Shown here: positions 23,272 through 34,104 of the stretch, in pieces
Layout: every line of letters begins with the position of its first letter
How positions within the stretch are numbered: the stretch's first letter is position 1
Source of the DNA: Candidatus Levyibacteriota bacterium
GTDB lineage: Bacteria > Patescibacteriota > Microgenomatia > Levybacterales > UBA12049
Reading direction: 5' to 3'
Assembly (NCBI GenBank): GCA_016182185.1
Contig: JACOXU010000001.1
Location: forward strand, 115,190 to 179,189
Length of the DNA: 64,000 nucleotides
The notes under the pieces: model-generated
What the model was told of the DNA's origin: nothing
The model's input: the letters and a program-made list of their open reading frames with translations, nothing else
Database searches by the model: none
Program-made: the position numbers and the translations under genes

Positions 23272-24086
23272 ATATAATCATATGCAAAGAGTAAATGCGC
23301 CGGCCAAAACAATGATAGAGGAAAAAGCCAGACAAAAATGTTATAAACCATATCTTTCCAGCTTAGAATTGGCTTATAGGGAATAATCGCTTCTATATTG
23401 CCTTCAAAGTTGTATTTTTTGAAAATTTTTTTTAAATAATAATAAGTCGGTTCATTTACATGTTGAATCTTATGCAGTTCGTTTCGGGGATCTTTGGGCA
23501 AGTTAGGATAGTCTTTTCCTTTGAATAATTTATTAACAAAAATAATTAAACTACTTACTGGATAGACATAAAACATGTGAGTAAAATTAAGATAAATTTT
23601 ATTTGCTTCTGTGTGAACTAGAAGTAGACCATCTTTTTTGAGAATTTTTGAGATATTTCTAATTACAATTTCTAGTTCTTCCGGGTACAAATGCTCAAAT
23701 AAATCTATTGCTACAATGATGTCGAATTCATTTTTCTTATATTTTATTTTTTTTGCATCTTGAATATAAAACTTTACTTTACCTTCGATTTTTCCTGCTA
23801 CTGATAACTTCTTCTTTGCCAAATTTATCGCGTCTTTAGAATAATCAATGCCCACAACTTCAGCTCCCATTTTTCCCAAATATATCGATAGGTCTCCGTT
23901 CCCGCATCCGAGATCAAGTATCTTTTTGTGATTGAAATTTTTGATCGGGTTAAAGAGCTTTTTAAATCTATTACTGATCTGTCCTTCATTAGTTATTGTC
24001 GAACAATTACTTAAATAATAATCTTTTGTGTAAATATCAGGATTAATTTGTCTTCCCATAAAGAACTTTATATGAAAAAAAAGCAA
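23247..24086 (-). CDS. class I SAM-dependent methyltransferase
   Basis: Motif I ILDLGCGNGDL and motif II VVGIDYS. Confidence 0.75.
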   Translation of the reverse strand: MLFFHIKFFMGRQINPDIYTKDYYLSNCSTITNEGQISNRFKKLFNPIKNFNHKKILDLGCGNGDLSIYLGKMGAEVVGIDYSKDAINLAKKKLSVAGKIEGKVKFYIQDAKKIKYKKNEFDIIVAIDLFEHLYPEELEIVIRNISKILKKDGLLLVHTEANKIYLNFTHMFYVYPVSSLIIFVNKLFKGKDYPNLPKDPRNELHKIQHVNEPTYYYLKKIFKKYNFEGNIEAIIPYKPILSWKDMVYNIFVWLFPLSLFWPAHLLFAYDYICVMRSKK

Positions 24087-25272
24087 AAACTGGGACTGAT
24101 AAAAGAGTTCCTATAAGCGCCGAAATTCCAGCTCCCAATATTCCAAAAGAAAGAACTAACGGCACTATTGTAATAATTAAACCAAAAATACTTACAAATG
24201 TTGCTGCTGTTACATATTCCTGCTTATTAACGGACAGAAACAATGCGGCAGTTGAACCAAAAATTGACCTTACTACTCCAAAAACAGCAAGAATACGAAG
24301 AACAGGAATAATTGGAGCCCATTGATCGCCAAGTAAAATAAAGACTGCATCTTTTGCGAAAAAGAAAAGCATAACTCCGATAGAAATGCTCAGTAATGAA
24401 ATAAAAAATAAAGTTTTTGCAAAGGCTTTTTTTAATCTTTCTCTATCTTCCGAAATTTTAGAGTAAACAGGAAAGACTACTTTTTGCACAACATCTGCAA
24501 CTTCTGTAATAGGGAGTAGTGAAATTCGATAAGCCATTTCGTAAAAACCTAAGGAAGTAGCTCCAAGAATTTTACCTACGACAATGTTGTCTAAATTATA
24601 ATACAAATAATTAAAAATTCCTCCCAACGTAACCCACTTTCCTCTATGAAAAATTTTAAAAAGATAATCTCTGTTAAAAGACAAATAGGGCACGGGTTTA
24701 ATGATTAGAAAAGATAAAATAACCTCTAGGATCACTCCTGCAAGTATTCCAAATACTAAGGCAAGTACGCTTCTTGTAAAAAAGGCAAAAATAATTGTTA
24801 CTAAGGCATCGAAAAAAAATATTGATGATCTGTAATAAAATTCTTTATGAAACTCAAGATACTTTTGGAATTTTACAGAGGATGGATTTATAAAACCTCT
24901 TATAATAGGGACTATGCTGATAAGCTGAAGCAGAATCCTAGAATCTGGAGACTTAAAAAAACTTGAAACAAAAGAAGCAGATAAAAAAATAATTGACCCG
25001 ATCAAAAAACCTCTAATAATTGATACAATCCACGCGGAATTTAAATATTTTTTAATATCATCTTTCTCTTGAATAAGTAAAACATTTACGCCTGTCTCAG
25101 TAAAGACTTCAAGAAGAGACGTAGCTAGAATTGCAATACCAAAAATTCCAAATTGAGAAGGTGTTAATATTCTTGCAAGTATTAATGTTCGCAGAAATGA
25201 AATTCCGCGAGTAAAAATACGAAGGAAACCAACCCATCCGACACCTTTTATGGTGTCTTTTGTGTAACCCAT
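24043..25272 (-). CDS. Wzx-like oligosaccharide flippase (MOP superfamily)
   Basis: 409 aa with about 12 TM helices and a basic N-terminus. Found in a glycan locus. Confidence 0.5.
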   Translation of the reverse strand: MGYTKDTIKGVGWVGFLRIFTRGISFLRTLILARILTPSQFGIFGIAILATSLLEVFTETGVNVLLIQEKDDIKKYLNSAWIVSIIRGFLIGSIIFLSASFVSSFFKSPDSRILLQLISIVPIIRGFINPSSVKFQKYLEFHKEFYYRSSIFFFDALVTIIFAFFTRSVLALVFGILAGVILEVILSFLIIKPVPYLSFNRDYLFKIFHRGKWVTLGGIFNYLYYNLDNIVVGKILGATSLGFYEMAYRISLLPITEVADVVQKVVFPVYSKISEDRERLKKAFAKTLFFISLLSISIGVMLFFFAKDAVFILLGDQWAPIIPVLRILAVFGVVRSIFGSTAALFLSVNKQEYVTAATFVSIFGLIITIVPLVLSFGILGAGISALIGTLLSVPVFAFFSYKVLYGKTN

Positions 25273-25293
25273 AGATGAATTATATCAGGCTTA

Positions 25294-27846
25294 TTATTTA
25301 ATATAAACTGAGGTTGTTAACGGAGATGGTATAAGAGCAGAAAAATAATAGTCAATATCATCTCCTACAAAATAAAATAATCTTAAATCAGGGCTAAAAA
25401 CTACAAGTTTTTTATAATTATCTCTCTCAATTCTTTTCATCAAATCCTTTTTGGAAGAATTTTTCAAAATTTGTGATTCAATTTCACCATTTGTCATTAC
25501 TATAATAGAAGGTAACTTTTTGCTCTTACTATCCACAATTTCGTATTTATATATATAATTCATTTTCACGCTGTGTTGACTATAGTAAAATTCCTTTTGA
25601 ATGATATCCGGAATACCTTGATAAATAGGAACGTTTTCAATTCCAATCGTACTACCTTTTTGAATATTTTTAAAAATCCATTGAGAAGAAATTTCCTGAG
25701 GGCTTTTAATTAGCTTTAAATGTACCCATACAAATGAATTATAAATCTGAACGATTACAATAAAAGTAAGCCCTATTACCACTAATTTAGATCTGCTTAT
25801 TTTAACTTTATTCAAAAATAAAGAAGATATTAATACTAGAAAAGGAAGCAGAACAAGACTCCTGTTTCCCCCTCCAAAAATATTTAATGGAAGTATACTT
25901 ATTAAAAACATTAATCCTGCAATCAATATAAAGAATTCAATTTTGAATTTTTTTACACCAACTTTTAGAAATATATAAACCCAGAACAAAATTGAAATTA
26001 TAGATAGTAAAAATAATCCGTGTCCGAAGATAATTGGATAATGGTTAAAGAATAAATATTGATAGACGTTTTTTCCAGGATTTAATACGAGAAGCGATTT
26101 TGAAGCAGTAAAAACATCATTTTTTAGACTAGTAAAAAAATACCCCCGTCCAAACAATGCATCAGGCATTCCAAAAATCACAGCTATACTGATAAAAAAT
26201 AAAATTCCTGTAAAAAGGCATTTGAAATTTTTTCTCCAAAAGGGAAAGAATAAAAAGTATAAAATAATATAGATTGGCAAAAGAGGAAATGCTGTTATTT
26301 TTACACTCACGGCAAGAGCCGGAGGAATTGCAGATAGTAAGTAATTAAGATAAGTAGGATTTCTCGTAAAATATATGAAAGAAAAAATAGATAAATTAAT
26401 CCAAAAAAGAAGTGCAATATCGTATTTAAAATAATTACTTAACAATAAAAAAATAGGGTTAAAAATGAATAAAAATAACGTTATCTTTTTTGAAATATCA
26501 AGAAGTTTTGCTATCCGATATATAATAAAGATCGATAAGACTCCCCAAATGATAGTACTTATTCTTAATATTTCAAAAATACGTTCTCTCATCATCCAAT
26601 CATTTATCTGCAAATTAAACGGATCTATTATTTTAAACAGCACAAAAGGCATAAGATATATTCCCGAAATAACGAAATGAAGCATTGTCCCCCAGGCAGA
26701 TCCCGATACATTTGGAGTTGCATATTTGAATGTTGTCCAGACAGCTCGAAGCTGATGCCATTCATCCATATGATAGGGGAAAGGATGATTTCTGTTGGGA
26801 ATCCCCCACCTAAGAACCGTAATCATTAATGAAATATAGACAATAATGACCAAAAACAGAAATTTATTCTCTCTCATATACTTAAACAGATTAAATTTTT
26901 TAATTAGGGTCACCAATCCAATCAATGATCCTGATAAAATCGCAAGATCGGCTGTTAACTGAAGAATTGGAAGAATGTATAAGGCTCTTAAGTCTTTTAT
27001 ATATTTATAGTTTTTATGAATTGACCAGATCAGATATAGAAAAAATATAGAAAAAATAAAAAAACCTCCGATTAATGACTTGTAAAATAAAACCAGAAGC
27101 AATAAATAAAATAACAGGAAATAACGAAGAAATACCAAGGGAACATTTGATCGTAATATTTGTGCTTTTAGATCATTTTTGGCAAACTTAAAAAACATGA
27201 TAAAAGACTGCCAAAGATTATTTCTTGGAATCCAATGTATAATTGCGTTTTTTTGAAAGGAGATTTTAAAACCGTACTTTTTAATTTTTTGTGCGAAATC
27301 AAAATCCTCACTTACATCCAAATCTTCCCTAAATCCGCCGATTTTAGCCCATACTTCTTTTTTAAATGCCATTGATCTTGCTGCTGGTAAAAATTCACCG
27401 GGTTTTATTTTATCATCCATGACTAGAACATATGGAATAAGACACTTCTGAAATAAATTTCTCGCCAGTCCTTTATAATAACCGGAAACTACATCTATTT
27501 TCGAATCAGTAAAAGGTTTAATAATATTCTCTATCCATCTTTTATCTAGTACACATCCAGAATCACTCGATAGAATGATCTCTCCCGTTGCCCTTCTTAT
27601 TGCTTCGTTTCTTCCCTTTGGTATATTTCCTTTTTTGGTGGCAAGAATAAATTTTATCTTTCTTAATATTTTTTGATATTTGATATTTGATATTTGATAT
27701 TTGATATTTTCGATCGTACGATCAGTGCTTCCGCCATCAATAATAATTATTTCGTCTGGTAATCTCGTTTGAAAAAGAAGTGAAATTATTAATTTTTCTA
27801 TATTTTTCTCTTCATTTAAAACTGTAGCTATGAAACTAATTTTCAT
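25294..27846 (-). CDS. GT2 catalytic domain fused to a large polytopic membrane domain plus a C-terminal soluble domain
   Basis: MKISFIATVLNEEKNI…IIIDGGSTDRT is a GT-A domain, followed by more than 12 TM helices. The ORF-track start at 27891 abuts the divergent gene at 27892, so the internal Met at 27846 is more plausible. Contains a (TGATATT)5 tract. Confidence 0.65.
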   Translation of the reverse strand: MKISFIATVLNEEKNIEKLIISLLFQTRLPDEIIIIDGGSTDRTIENIKYQISNIKYQKILRKIKFILATKKGNIPKGRNEAIRRATGEIILSSDSGCVLDKRWIENIIKPFTDSKIDVVSGYYKGLARNLFQKCLIPYVLVMDDKIKPGEFLPAARSMAFKKEVWAKIGGFREDLDVSEDFDFAQKIKKYGFKISFQKNAIIHWIPRNNLWQSFIMFFKFAKNDLKAQILRSNVPLVFLRYFLLFYLLLLVLFYKSLIGGFFIFSIFFLYLIWSIHKNYKYIKDLRALYILPILQLTADLAILSGSLIGLVTLIKKFNLFKYMRENKFLFLVIIVYISLMITVLRWGIPNRNHPFPYHMDEWHQLRAVWTTFKYATPNVSGSAWGTMLHFVISGIYLMPFVLFKIIDPFNLQINDWMMRERIFEILRISTIIWGVLSIFIIYRIAKLLDISKKITLFLFIFNPIFLLLSNYFKYDIALLFWINLSIFSFIYFTRNPTYLNYLLSAIPPALAVSVKITAFPLLPIYIILYFLFFPFWRKNFKCLFTGILFFISIAVIFGMPDALFGRGYFFTSLKNDVFTASKSLLVLNPGKNVYQYLFFNHYPIIFGHGLFLLSIISILFWVYIFLKVGVKKFKIEFFILIAGLMFLISILPLNIFGGGNRSLVLLPFLVLISSLFLNKVKISRSKLVVIGLTFIVIVQIYNSFVWVHLKLIKSPQEISSQWIFKNIQKGSTIGIENVPIYQGIPDIIQKEFYYSQHSVKMNYIYKYEIVDSKSKKLPSIIVMTNGEIESQILKNSSKKDLMKRIERDNYKKLVVFSPDLRLFYFVGDDIDYYFSALIPSPLTTSVYIK
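27674..27708. repeat. (TGATATT)x5 tandem heptanucleotide repeat inside a GT2-fusion CDS
   Basis: Identical 35-nt tract to 19645-19679. Encodes ENIKYQISNIKYQ. Confidence 0.9.
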
Positions 27847-27927
27847 ATATATCGCATTATATAATTTTTCAAATAAGACTGCATATACCAATTGAATTAC
27901 TATAGATATTTACCTATAATTCAACAA

Positions 27928-28632
27928 ATGATAAAAAACATCGATATTATTCTTCCCACATACCATGAGCAAAAAAATATTATCAAAGTTATCAAGGATA
28001 TCAGAAAATTTGTAAAAACCCCAAATATTATTACTGTAGTCATTCAAGATAAAAGTGATCCAACTTTAGAATCTTTGAAAAAAATTAAAAATAAAATAAA
28101 AGATTTAAAAATAATTTTTACTAAGGACGGCATAGGGTTACTAAAGGCACTCAGAGCTGGTTTTTTAAATACAGAATCATCAATTATTGTTACTATGATG
28201 TCTGATTTATCAGACAACCCAAAAGATATCGATAAAATGATGAATAAAATTAATGAAGGTTATGATCTTATCTGCGCATCTCGTTATATTAACCCCGGAA
28301 AAAGAATCGGGGGACCGAAAATTAAGGCAATTTTATCTTTTCTTGCCTGTAAAAGTTTGAATAAATTAATTTCACTACCGACTAACGATGCAACCAATGC
28401 TTATAAATGTTTCAAAAGATCTATGCTTAAAAAAATAAAAATTGAAAGTACTCAAGGATTTGAAATGCCGCTTGAATTAACCCTTAAAGCTTTTTATAAA
28501 GGCTTTAAAATTGTGGACGTACCGACAATTTGGAGAGACAGAGAGCATGGAAGTTCGAAGTTCAAAATTTGGAAAGTCCTCCCTTATTATTTACGCTGGT
28601 ATTTATATGGAATAAGAAAAAAATACTTCTAG
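27928..28632 (+). CDS. Dpm1-like polyprenyl-phosphate sugar synthase (GT2)
   Basis: IDIILPTYHEQKNI…DxD-containing small GT-A of the polyisoprenyl-phosphate glycosyltransferase type. Start taken at the internal Met at 27928. Confidence 0.6.
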   Translation: MIKNIDIILPTYHEQKNIIKVIKDIRKFVKTPNIITVVIQDKSDPTLESLKKIKNKIKDLKIIFTKDGIGLLKALRAGFLNTESSIIVTMMSDLSDNPKDIDKMMNKINEGYDLICASRYINPGKRIGGPKIKAILSFLACKSLNKLISLPTNDATNAYKCFKRSMLKKIKIESTQGFEMPLELTLKAFYKGFKIVDVPTIWRDREHGSSKFKIWKVLPYYLRWYLYGIRKKYF

Positions 28633-29690
28633 CTGATTTTTTTATACTGATTCCAAATTTTATCAATTCCCTCAAACACTCTAATTTTCGGTTCCCAGCC
28701 AAGATTTTTTTTTACTTTTGATATATCGCTTATATAAATCTTCTGATCGGCAACTCTCCAGGACTTATGGTTAAGCTTTAGTTTTTTTCCTCCTTTATTA
28801 TTCAGATAGTCTATTGTTTCTACAAGACTTAATGTATGATTAATACCTCCGCCGATATTGAAAACTTTTCCCTGAACTTTATTTATATTTTCAAGCTCAA
28901 GTAAATATAACTCGGCAATATCTGAACCAAAGACACAATCTCTAACCTGTTTACCGTCCCCGTAAATATTAAGTGGTTGATCGTTTATCTTTGCTCTTAC
29001 GAACCAATCGAGCCATCCTTGATCCTCAACCCCCTTTTGATATAAACCGTATACACAAGACATTCTATTAACAACCGTTGGAAGACCGTAAATATGAAAA
29101 TATTCCTGACAATACAAATCTCCCGTTGCTTTGGATACGCCGTATGGACTATGCGGAAAATTTCCCGAGCTATCCATGGGAAAATTTTCATTTATCCCCT
29201 TTTCAGTGATTCCCTCCAAAAGCGCTTTTCTAACCCTTTTTTTATTGATTTTTTTGAAATCCCAAGAATAACGTGTACTTTCTTCCCTGACTGGTATTAA
29301 ATTAATTTCTTCGGAATATATTTTATTTGTCGAAGCATATATAAATGGGGTTAGATTTTTTTTTGCATGTTCGAGAATATTTATAGTTCCCTGAGCATTT
29401 GTCTCAAAATCAAAATCCGGCCATTTTATAGACCAGGGAATACCCGGATTTGCGGCCAGATGTATAATTCCGTTTAATTCTTTAGGAAGACGGGCAAGAT
29501 CTTCTTTACTTCTTATATCTCCCCTTATTATCTCTATACCTGAATTTTTTAAAATCTTGGCATTTTCTTCAGTATGAGGACGAATTAAAGAATCAAAAAC
29601 AACCACATTATATCCTCTTTTTTTTGCCTCAAGCGAAATATTTGTCCCAATAAAACCGCAGCCGCCAGTTATAACTATTGTTCTTTTCAT
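28629..29690 (-). CDS. NAD-dependent sugar epimerase/dehydratase (extended SDR)
   Basis: Rossmann motif TGGCGFIGTN and catalytic YGVSK. Confidence 0.8.
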   Translation of the reverse strand: MKRTIVITGGCGFIGTNISLEAKKRGYNVVVFDSLIRPHTEENAKILKNSGIEIIRGDIRSKEDLARLPKELNGIIHLAANPGIPWSIKWPDFDFETNAQGTINILEHAKKNLTPFIYASTNKIYSEEINLIPVREESTRYSWDFKKINKKRVRKALLEGITEKGINENFPMDSSGNFPHSPYGVSKATGDLYCQEYFHIYGLPTVVNRMSCVYGLYQKGVEDQGWLDWFVRAKINDQPLNIYGDGKQVRDCVFGSDIAELYLLELENINKVQGKVFNIGGGINHTLSLVETIDYLNNKGGKKLKLNHKSWRVADQKIYISDISKVKKNLGWEPKIRVFEGIDKIWNQYKKIS

Positions 29691-29775
29691 TGATGCTTAT
29701 CTTAATAAAAATGAAACAGGATGTAAATAAGTAATATTTATATCAAGTTCTCTTTATGCTAAAATTTGTATATTA

Positions 29776-30414
29776 ATGTTAGAAAATATTATTTACTCGA
29801 AAAGATTTCCAGACAAGAAAAATAGAAACTTATTATGGAAAACGCTGATCAAAAACTTCCTTCAGGAGTTCTTCGACACTAAAGATGTGGTTCTTGATGT
29901 AGGCTGCGGATACGGTGAATTTATTAATAATATTAGTTGTTATAAAAAATACGCTTTAGACATCAATTCCGATGTAGCAAAATTTTTAAATAAGGATGTA
30001 TTTTTTTTAAAAAGTTTTTCATCAAAAATTTCTATCAAAAATAAAATAATTGATAAAATTTTTATAAGTAATTTTTTTGAACACATTACCAAAGATGAAA
30101 TTATTAAAACGATTCAGGAGCTTAAGAGAATTTTAAAACCTGACGGTAAAATAATAATTCTTCAACCAAACATTCGCTTTTGCGGTAAAAATTACTGGAT
30201 GTTTTTCGATCACATTACTCCAATTGATGATAGAGCGTTAATTGAAGCATTTGAAACATTAGGTTTTAAAGTTAACTTAAATATTGAAAAATTTCTGCCC
30301 TTCACAACAAAAAATAATTTGCCTCAGCATCCGGTATTTTTATACATTTACTTAAAACTTCCTTTTCTTTGGAAAATATTCGGTGCTCAAAGTTTGTTAA
30401 TTTTTAATTTGTGA
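29776..30414 (+). CDS. class I SAM-dependent methyltransferase
   Basis: VLDVGCGYGEF motif I. 212 aa. Confidence 0.65.
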   Translation: MLENIIYSKRFPDKKNRNLLWKTLIKNFLQEFFDTKDVVLDVGCGYGEFINNISCYKKYALDINSDVAKFLNKDVFFLKSFSSKISIKNKIIDKIFISNFFEHITKDEIIKTIQELKRILKPDGKIIILQPNIRFCGKNYWMFFDHITPIDDRALIEAFETLGFKVNLNIEKFLPFTTKNNLPQHPVFLYIYLKLPFLWKIFGAQSLLIFNL

Positions 30415-32363
30415 CATTTAAAAATCTAGATAAAAAATCGGTGGCTTTTATAAAATTAATAAATCATATTGCTCCCGGACTAGTTATTATTATTTTTTTA
30501 ATTCTAAAGCTTCTACTGGTTGGAAATCAATTTGCAAATGGAATATTTATTGAAAATACACTTGACTTTTCTTGGCAATCAGACGTTTCGGAGAGGCTAT
30601 TACATGGATATCTAGCAGGTCGAGATTTTATATTTACCTACGGTCCTCTTTATCAAGTTCTTCAATCCCTTCCCTCTTTATTCTTCAATCTCCCATCGTA
30701 CGTTTCCGTGCTTCTTTTTCCTCTAACACTAAGTTTAGTAAATTACATAATTTTATACTATATATTAAGACAAGTTCTTAGAAACGCGGTCATTCTACCA
30801 TTTGTTATTATTTTGACCCTAGTGACTTTTATTTTCCCCATAGATGAGAACACCCTGATCAGATTACTTGTACCAATAACTTTTTCTTTAATTTATTACA
30901 GATTTTCATTTTTGAAAAATTCTTTAGATACTAATAAACTGTTAATATTGTTTTTACCTTCATTTTTGGGATTGTATACTTTTGACCTTTTCATCACAGC
31001 AAGCATTATACTTTTCTTCTTTTTACTATGTGAAACATATTTAAGTCTGTCTAAAAAAACAAAAAAAAGTTATTTATTTGTTGCTAAAAAAATTTTATTA
31101 ACTTTATTTTTACCAATATTTTTGATTCTAGTATATGAAATTTTGGTGAGTTTGATTCTAAGTAAAAACCTGAATTACGTTATATACTCATTCGATGCAG
31201 TGAAGAATTACCAATATATTATGAACATTCCTTTCTCTACCCATCAAAATTACTATCCAGTGCTTATTCCTGCTTTGCTAATATTTGCACTATTTATTTC
31301 TTTCAAAGAAAAATTGTTTACAAAAGAGCAAAAATTTATAATAATTATCTTATTTTTTACTGCAATCCTTCAGTTGAAATCTCTTCTCGTAAGATCGGAT
31401 GACTCACATATTTTTCAAGGAACATATCCTAGTTTAATAATTCTTACTCTTATACTTTATCTGTGGTTCAAGAAATTGAAAAAAACTTATTTACTATTTC
31501 TGCTTGTAGTATTTACTTTCCTATTTTCAAATACAAGTTTATTTCCATTATCAAGTGCTAAAAATATCGAAAACTACAAATTAATAAACAAGAATATTTC
31601 ATTTTTTCAGATCTATAAACTACTTGATAATTATTATCTCACAGAAGATGACTTTGATTATTTTTCAAAATTAATAAACAATAATCCGGGAAATGTTATG
31701 ATTTATCCCTACGATACATATATATTAAATATTAATAATCAAACATTTAATACCCTTCCCCTTCAATTCTATGCCTACTCAAATTCAAGAGTAGAAAAAG
31801 ATGCAGTTAATAAACTTGCTCAAGCTCCGCCAAGGTTCATAATCTTGAGCATTGATACGAAAACGGCTGTAAATCTTGATGATATTCCAAATTTTTCCAG
31901 AAATCCGCTTATTATCAAATGGATTATAAATAACTATTATGTTTATGATGACCGAGGAAATCATTTGGTGCTGAGATTTAACCCTGACAAAAAAAATAAA
32001 GCAGCACATATTCCAGACTGCAGTGTATATGAAATTGACACGCGTGAAATAATGAAATCAAATATTCTGGAAAATATTTTTAAAACATCAGCTTATTACC
32101 TGGAACAAAAAAACAAAAAAAATATCAGACTACCTTATACATCAAATACGCCCAATGTTCTGATTTTTGAAAATTTTGATAACTTAAAAGAAATTAGAAA
32201 TATTATCGAAGACAATATAAACTTTGAAAAATATTACTCTTCAAGGAAGGACTTGAAAATTATAAAAAAATATCCTGTTCCGGGATTTCAAAAAGAATAT
32301 AATAGATTTAATGTGAAATGTTTTGAAAGTTTTTTAAAAGTTGACGCATTGAAATTGCAATAG
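30411..32363 (+). CDS. polytopic membrane protein with a C-terminal soluble domain (function unknown, envelope-glycosylation context)
   Basis: 650 aa. The N-terminal half holds more than 10 TM helices. Confidence 0.4.
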   Translation: MTFKNLDKKSVAFIKLINHIAPGLVIIIFLILKLLLVGNQFANGIFIENTLDFSWQSDVSERLLHGYLAGRDFIFTYGPLYQVLQSLPSLFFNLPSYVSVLLFPLTLSLVNYIILYYILRQVLRNAVILPFVIILTLVTFIFPIDENTLIRLLVPITFSLIYYRFSFLKNSLDTNKLLILFLPSFLGLYTFDLFITASIILFFFLLCETYLSLSKKTKKSYLFVAKKILLTLFLPIFLILVYEILVSLILSKNLNYVIYSFDAVKNYQYIMNIPFSTHQNYYPVLIPALLIFALFISFKEKLFTKEQKFIIIILFFTAILQLKSLLVRSDDSHIFQGTYPSLIILTLILYLWFKKLKKTYLLFLLVVFTFLFSNTSLFPLSSAKNIENYKLINKNISFFQIYKLLDNYYLTEDDFDYFSKLINNNPGNVMIYPYDTYILNINNQTFNTLPLQFYAYSNSRVEKDAVNKLAQAPPRFIILSIDTKTAVNLDDIPNFSRNPLIIKWIINNYYVYDDRGNHLVLRFNPDKKNKAAHIPDCSVYEIDTREIMKSNILENIFKTSAYYLEQKNKKNIRLPYTSNTPNVLIFENFDNLKEIRNIIEDNINFEKYYSSRKDLKIIKKYPVPGFQKEYNRFNVKCFESFLKVDALKLQ

Positions 32364-33624
32364 AATAAACTCCTAGAGGAGCAATATGAACCAGCAATCT
32401 TTCTATGGAACTCTCGGGTGTATTCCTTGCAGTGAAAATATACATAAAGATGTAAGCTCCTAATTGTGACAAAATAATAATATTCAATATCTTTGATGTT
32501 TCATTTCTGGGAACTTTCATGAGAAGTGACGCAAAATAAGAAACCCAAAGTAAATTCCAACTTTTTATATTTACCAGTTCTTTCAAAGTTCCCCAAATTG
32601 CGTTCAACGTTTTACCCCATGTCATTTCAAGTGGATGAGCGGAAATATAAGTATATTTTAAATTATTAAATTTTTTATATATCTCCCAATCTAGAAAGAA
32701 AATAATCCAAATGATAAAAAATTTTAACTGATGATAAATCTTTTTCATATGAATATTAAATATTGCAATAACACTTATTGCTACAGCAGTAAACAACCCT
32801 TCGGGTTTAACAAGAATAGTGATTCCGAGAAATATGTTTAAGGATAAAAGAAATTTAGCCGAGCTATTCTTTAAGTATTCAATAAGAAATATTGTAGAAA
32901 TAAATATGTAGTATCCCAGGGGTAAATCGGCTTGCCCGGCTTCCAATCTGCCTCCTTGTCTTACAAAAGTCTGGATTGTCATTAACAAAAAAGTGAATAA
33001 AAGAGCATAAGTTAAGCTAAATTTATTTTTCAAAACAGAAAATAATCCTATGGCAAGAAAAATATAAAAAGCAAATGATGTTAATAAAACTGCGCTGTCA
33101 TCAACTTTTCCTAATATTAAATAAATAAAAGTGTTTAAAAGACTTATAATTAATGGGTAATCTGATTTCACGTAGTTTAACGCCAACGAATTTATCTTCC
33201 CGTCTATAAAAAATAATTTTGCCCTAAGAAGCCAGATTGCCCACCCATCCCAGACTGTTACGGGACGAAGCAAGACTTCGAAAAAAACGTACGATACTGT
33301 AATTAATATCATAATAATAAAAACTATATGAATTGGTTCAGTTTTTTTTGTTCTTAAAAATTTAAAGCTCATTTTTTTCATATTTTTAAATAAAAATAAA
33401 ACTATTAAAATAATCCAGGGAAAAATTAAAGACTCCTTACTCCATGAAATATTAAATCTTGAATAAAGATAGAGCTGTAAAGATATCAATCCCGCACCTA
33501 GCCCATAAGAACATCCAATAGTAAATAAAACCATTTTTTTTGGAAGTAAAGTAAATAATCTTATAACTACATATCCAACAAAGGACATAAATAAGATTGT
33601 AATTAAAACAATAAAAATATTCAT
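32308..33624 (-). CDS. polytopic membrane protein (GT-C-like?)
   Basis: 438 aa with more than 10 TM helices. Confidence 0.4.
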   Translation of the reverse strand: MNIFIVLITILFMSFVGYVVIRLFTLLPKKMVLFTIGCSYGLGAGLISLQLYLYSRFNISWSKESLIFPWIILIVLFLFKNMKKMSFKFLRTKKTEPIHIVFIIMILITVSYVFFEVLLRPVTVWDGWAIWLLRAKLFFIDGKINSLALNYVKSDYPLIISLLNTFIYLILGKVDDSAVLLTSFAFYIFLAIGLFSVLKNKFSLTYALLFTFLLMTIQTFVRQGGRLEAGQADLPLGYYIFISTIFLIEYLKNSSAKFLLSLNIFLGITILVKPEGLFTAVAISVIAIFNIHMKKIYHQLKFFIIWIIFFLDWEIYKKFNNLKYTYISAHPLEMTWGKTLNAIWGTLKELVNIKSWNLLWVSYFASLLMKVPRNETSKILNIIILSQLGAYIFMYIFTARNTPESSIERLLVHIAPLGVYSIAISMRQLLKNFQNISH

Positions 33625-34067
33625 TTCCTTTTTAATAATTGAAACCGATTATTTCCTTCAAAATTTTGTACTTTAATAAGTTTATAGTTGTTGCCTGAAA
33701 AATTATTATTAAATATTGCGATGTAATCGTATTTTAAAGTTTTTGCTAAAAAACTAAATTCTTTGATATTTTCAGTAGTATAAATTATTCGAGGGTACAA
33801 ATAATATATCCCCAAATAATAAGTTTTTGCATCATCAGAAAAAATTAAAATATTTGAATTTTTTTCGGTATGGGTTTTAATAAAAATAAAAAAGGGATGA
33901 AGGTTCCCGAAGATTTTTTGCCTTTTTTCAGAGTCTGAAAGAGGAAGCCATGCTTTTGCCTCAGATACTGACTTGACTGCGTTATAAAAAACGCTAAGAA
34001 ATGATAATACAATCCATATAAGAAGCAGGAGCAGTAATATTTTTCTTTTTAAGGAAAGAGGAGTCAT
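33621..34067 (-). CDS. small membrane-anchored protein
   Basis: 148 aa with an N-terminal TM helix. 4-nt overlap with the downstream gene. Confidence 0.35.
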   Translation of the reverse strand: MTPLSLKRKILLLLLLIWIVLSFLSVFYNAVKSVSEAKAWLPLSDSEKRQKIFGNLHPFFIFIKTHTEKNSNILIFSDDAKTYYLGIYYLYPRIIYTTENIKEFSFLAKTLKYDYIAIFNNNFSGNNYKLIKVQNFEGNNRFQLLKRK

Positions 34068-34104
34068 TCTTGCTGTTTCAATTATTACTGTATATTATAT
34101 CAGT

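Noticed and set aside
27846-27928. Back-to-back ORF starts at 27891 (minus) and 27892 (plus), which would leave no promoter space
   Set aside because: This is an artefact of longest-ORF calling. Both proteins have internal Met residues (MKISFIATV…, MIKNIDIIL…) at the beginning of their conserved GT2 N-termini. That leaves an 81-nt AT-rich divergent promoter region.
28690-28710. A10 and A9 homopolymer tracts (28695-28704, 29361-29369) in the epimerase CDS, and A9 (18152-18160) at a gene 3' end, as phase-variation switches
   Set aside because: Such Lys-codon runs are expected by chance in a genome of about 30% GC. They lie in a housekeeping-type enzyme, or in the last few codons of a gene. The recurrent heptamers are the stronger candidates.
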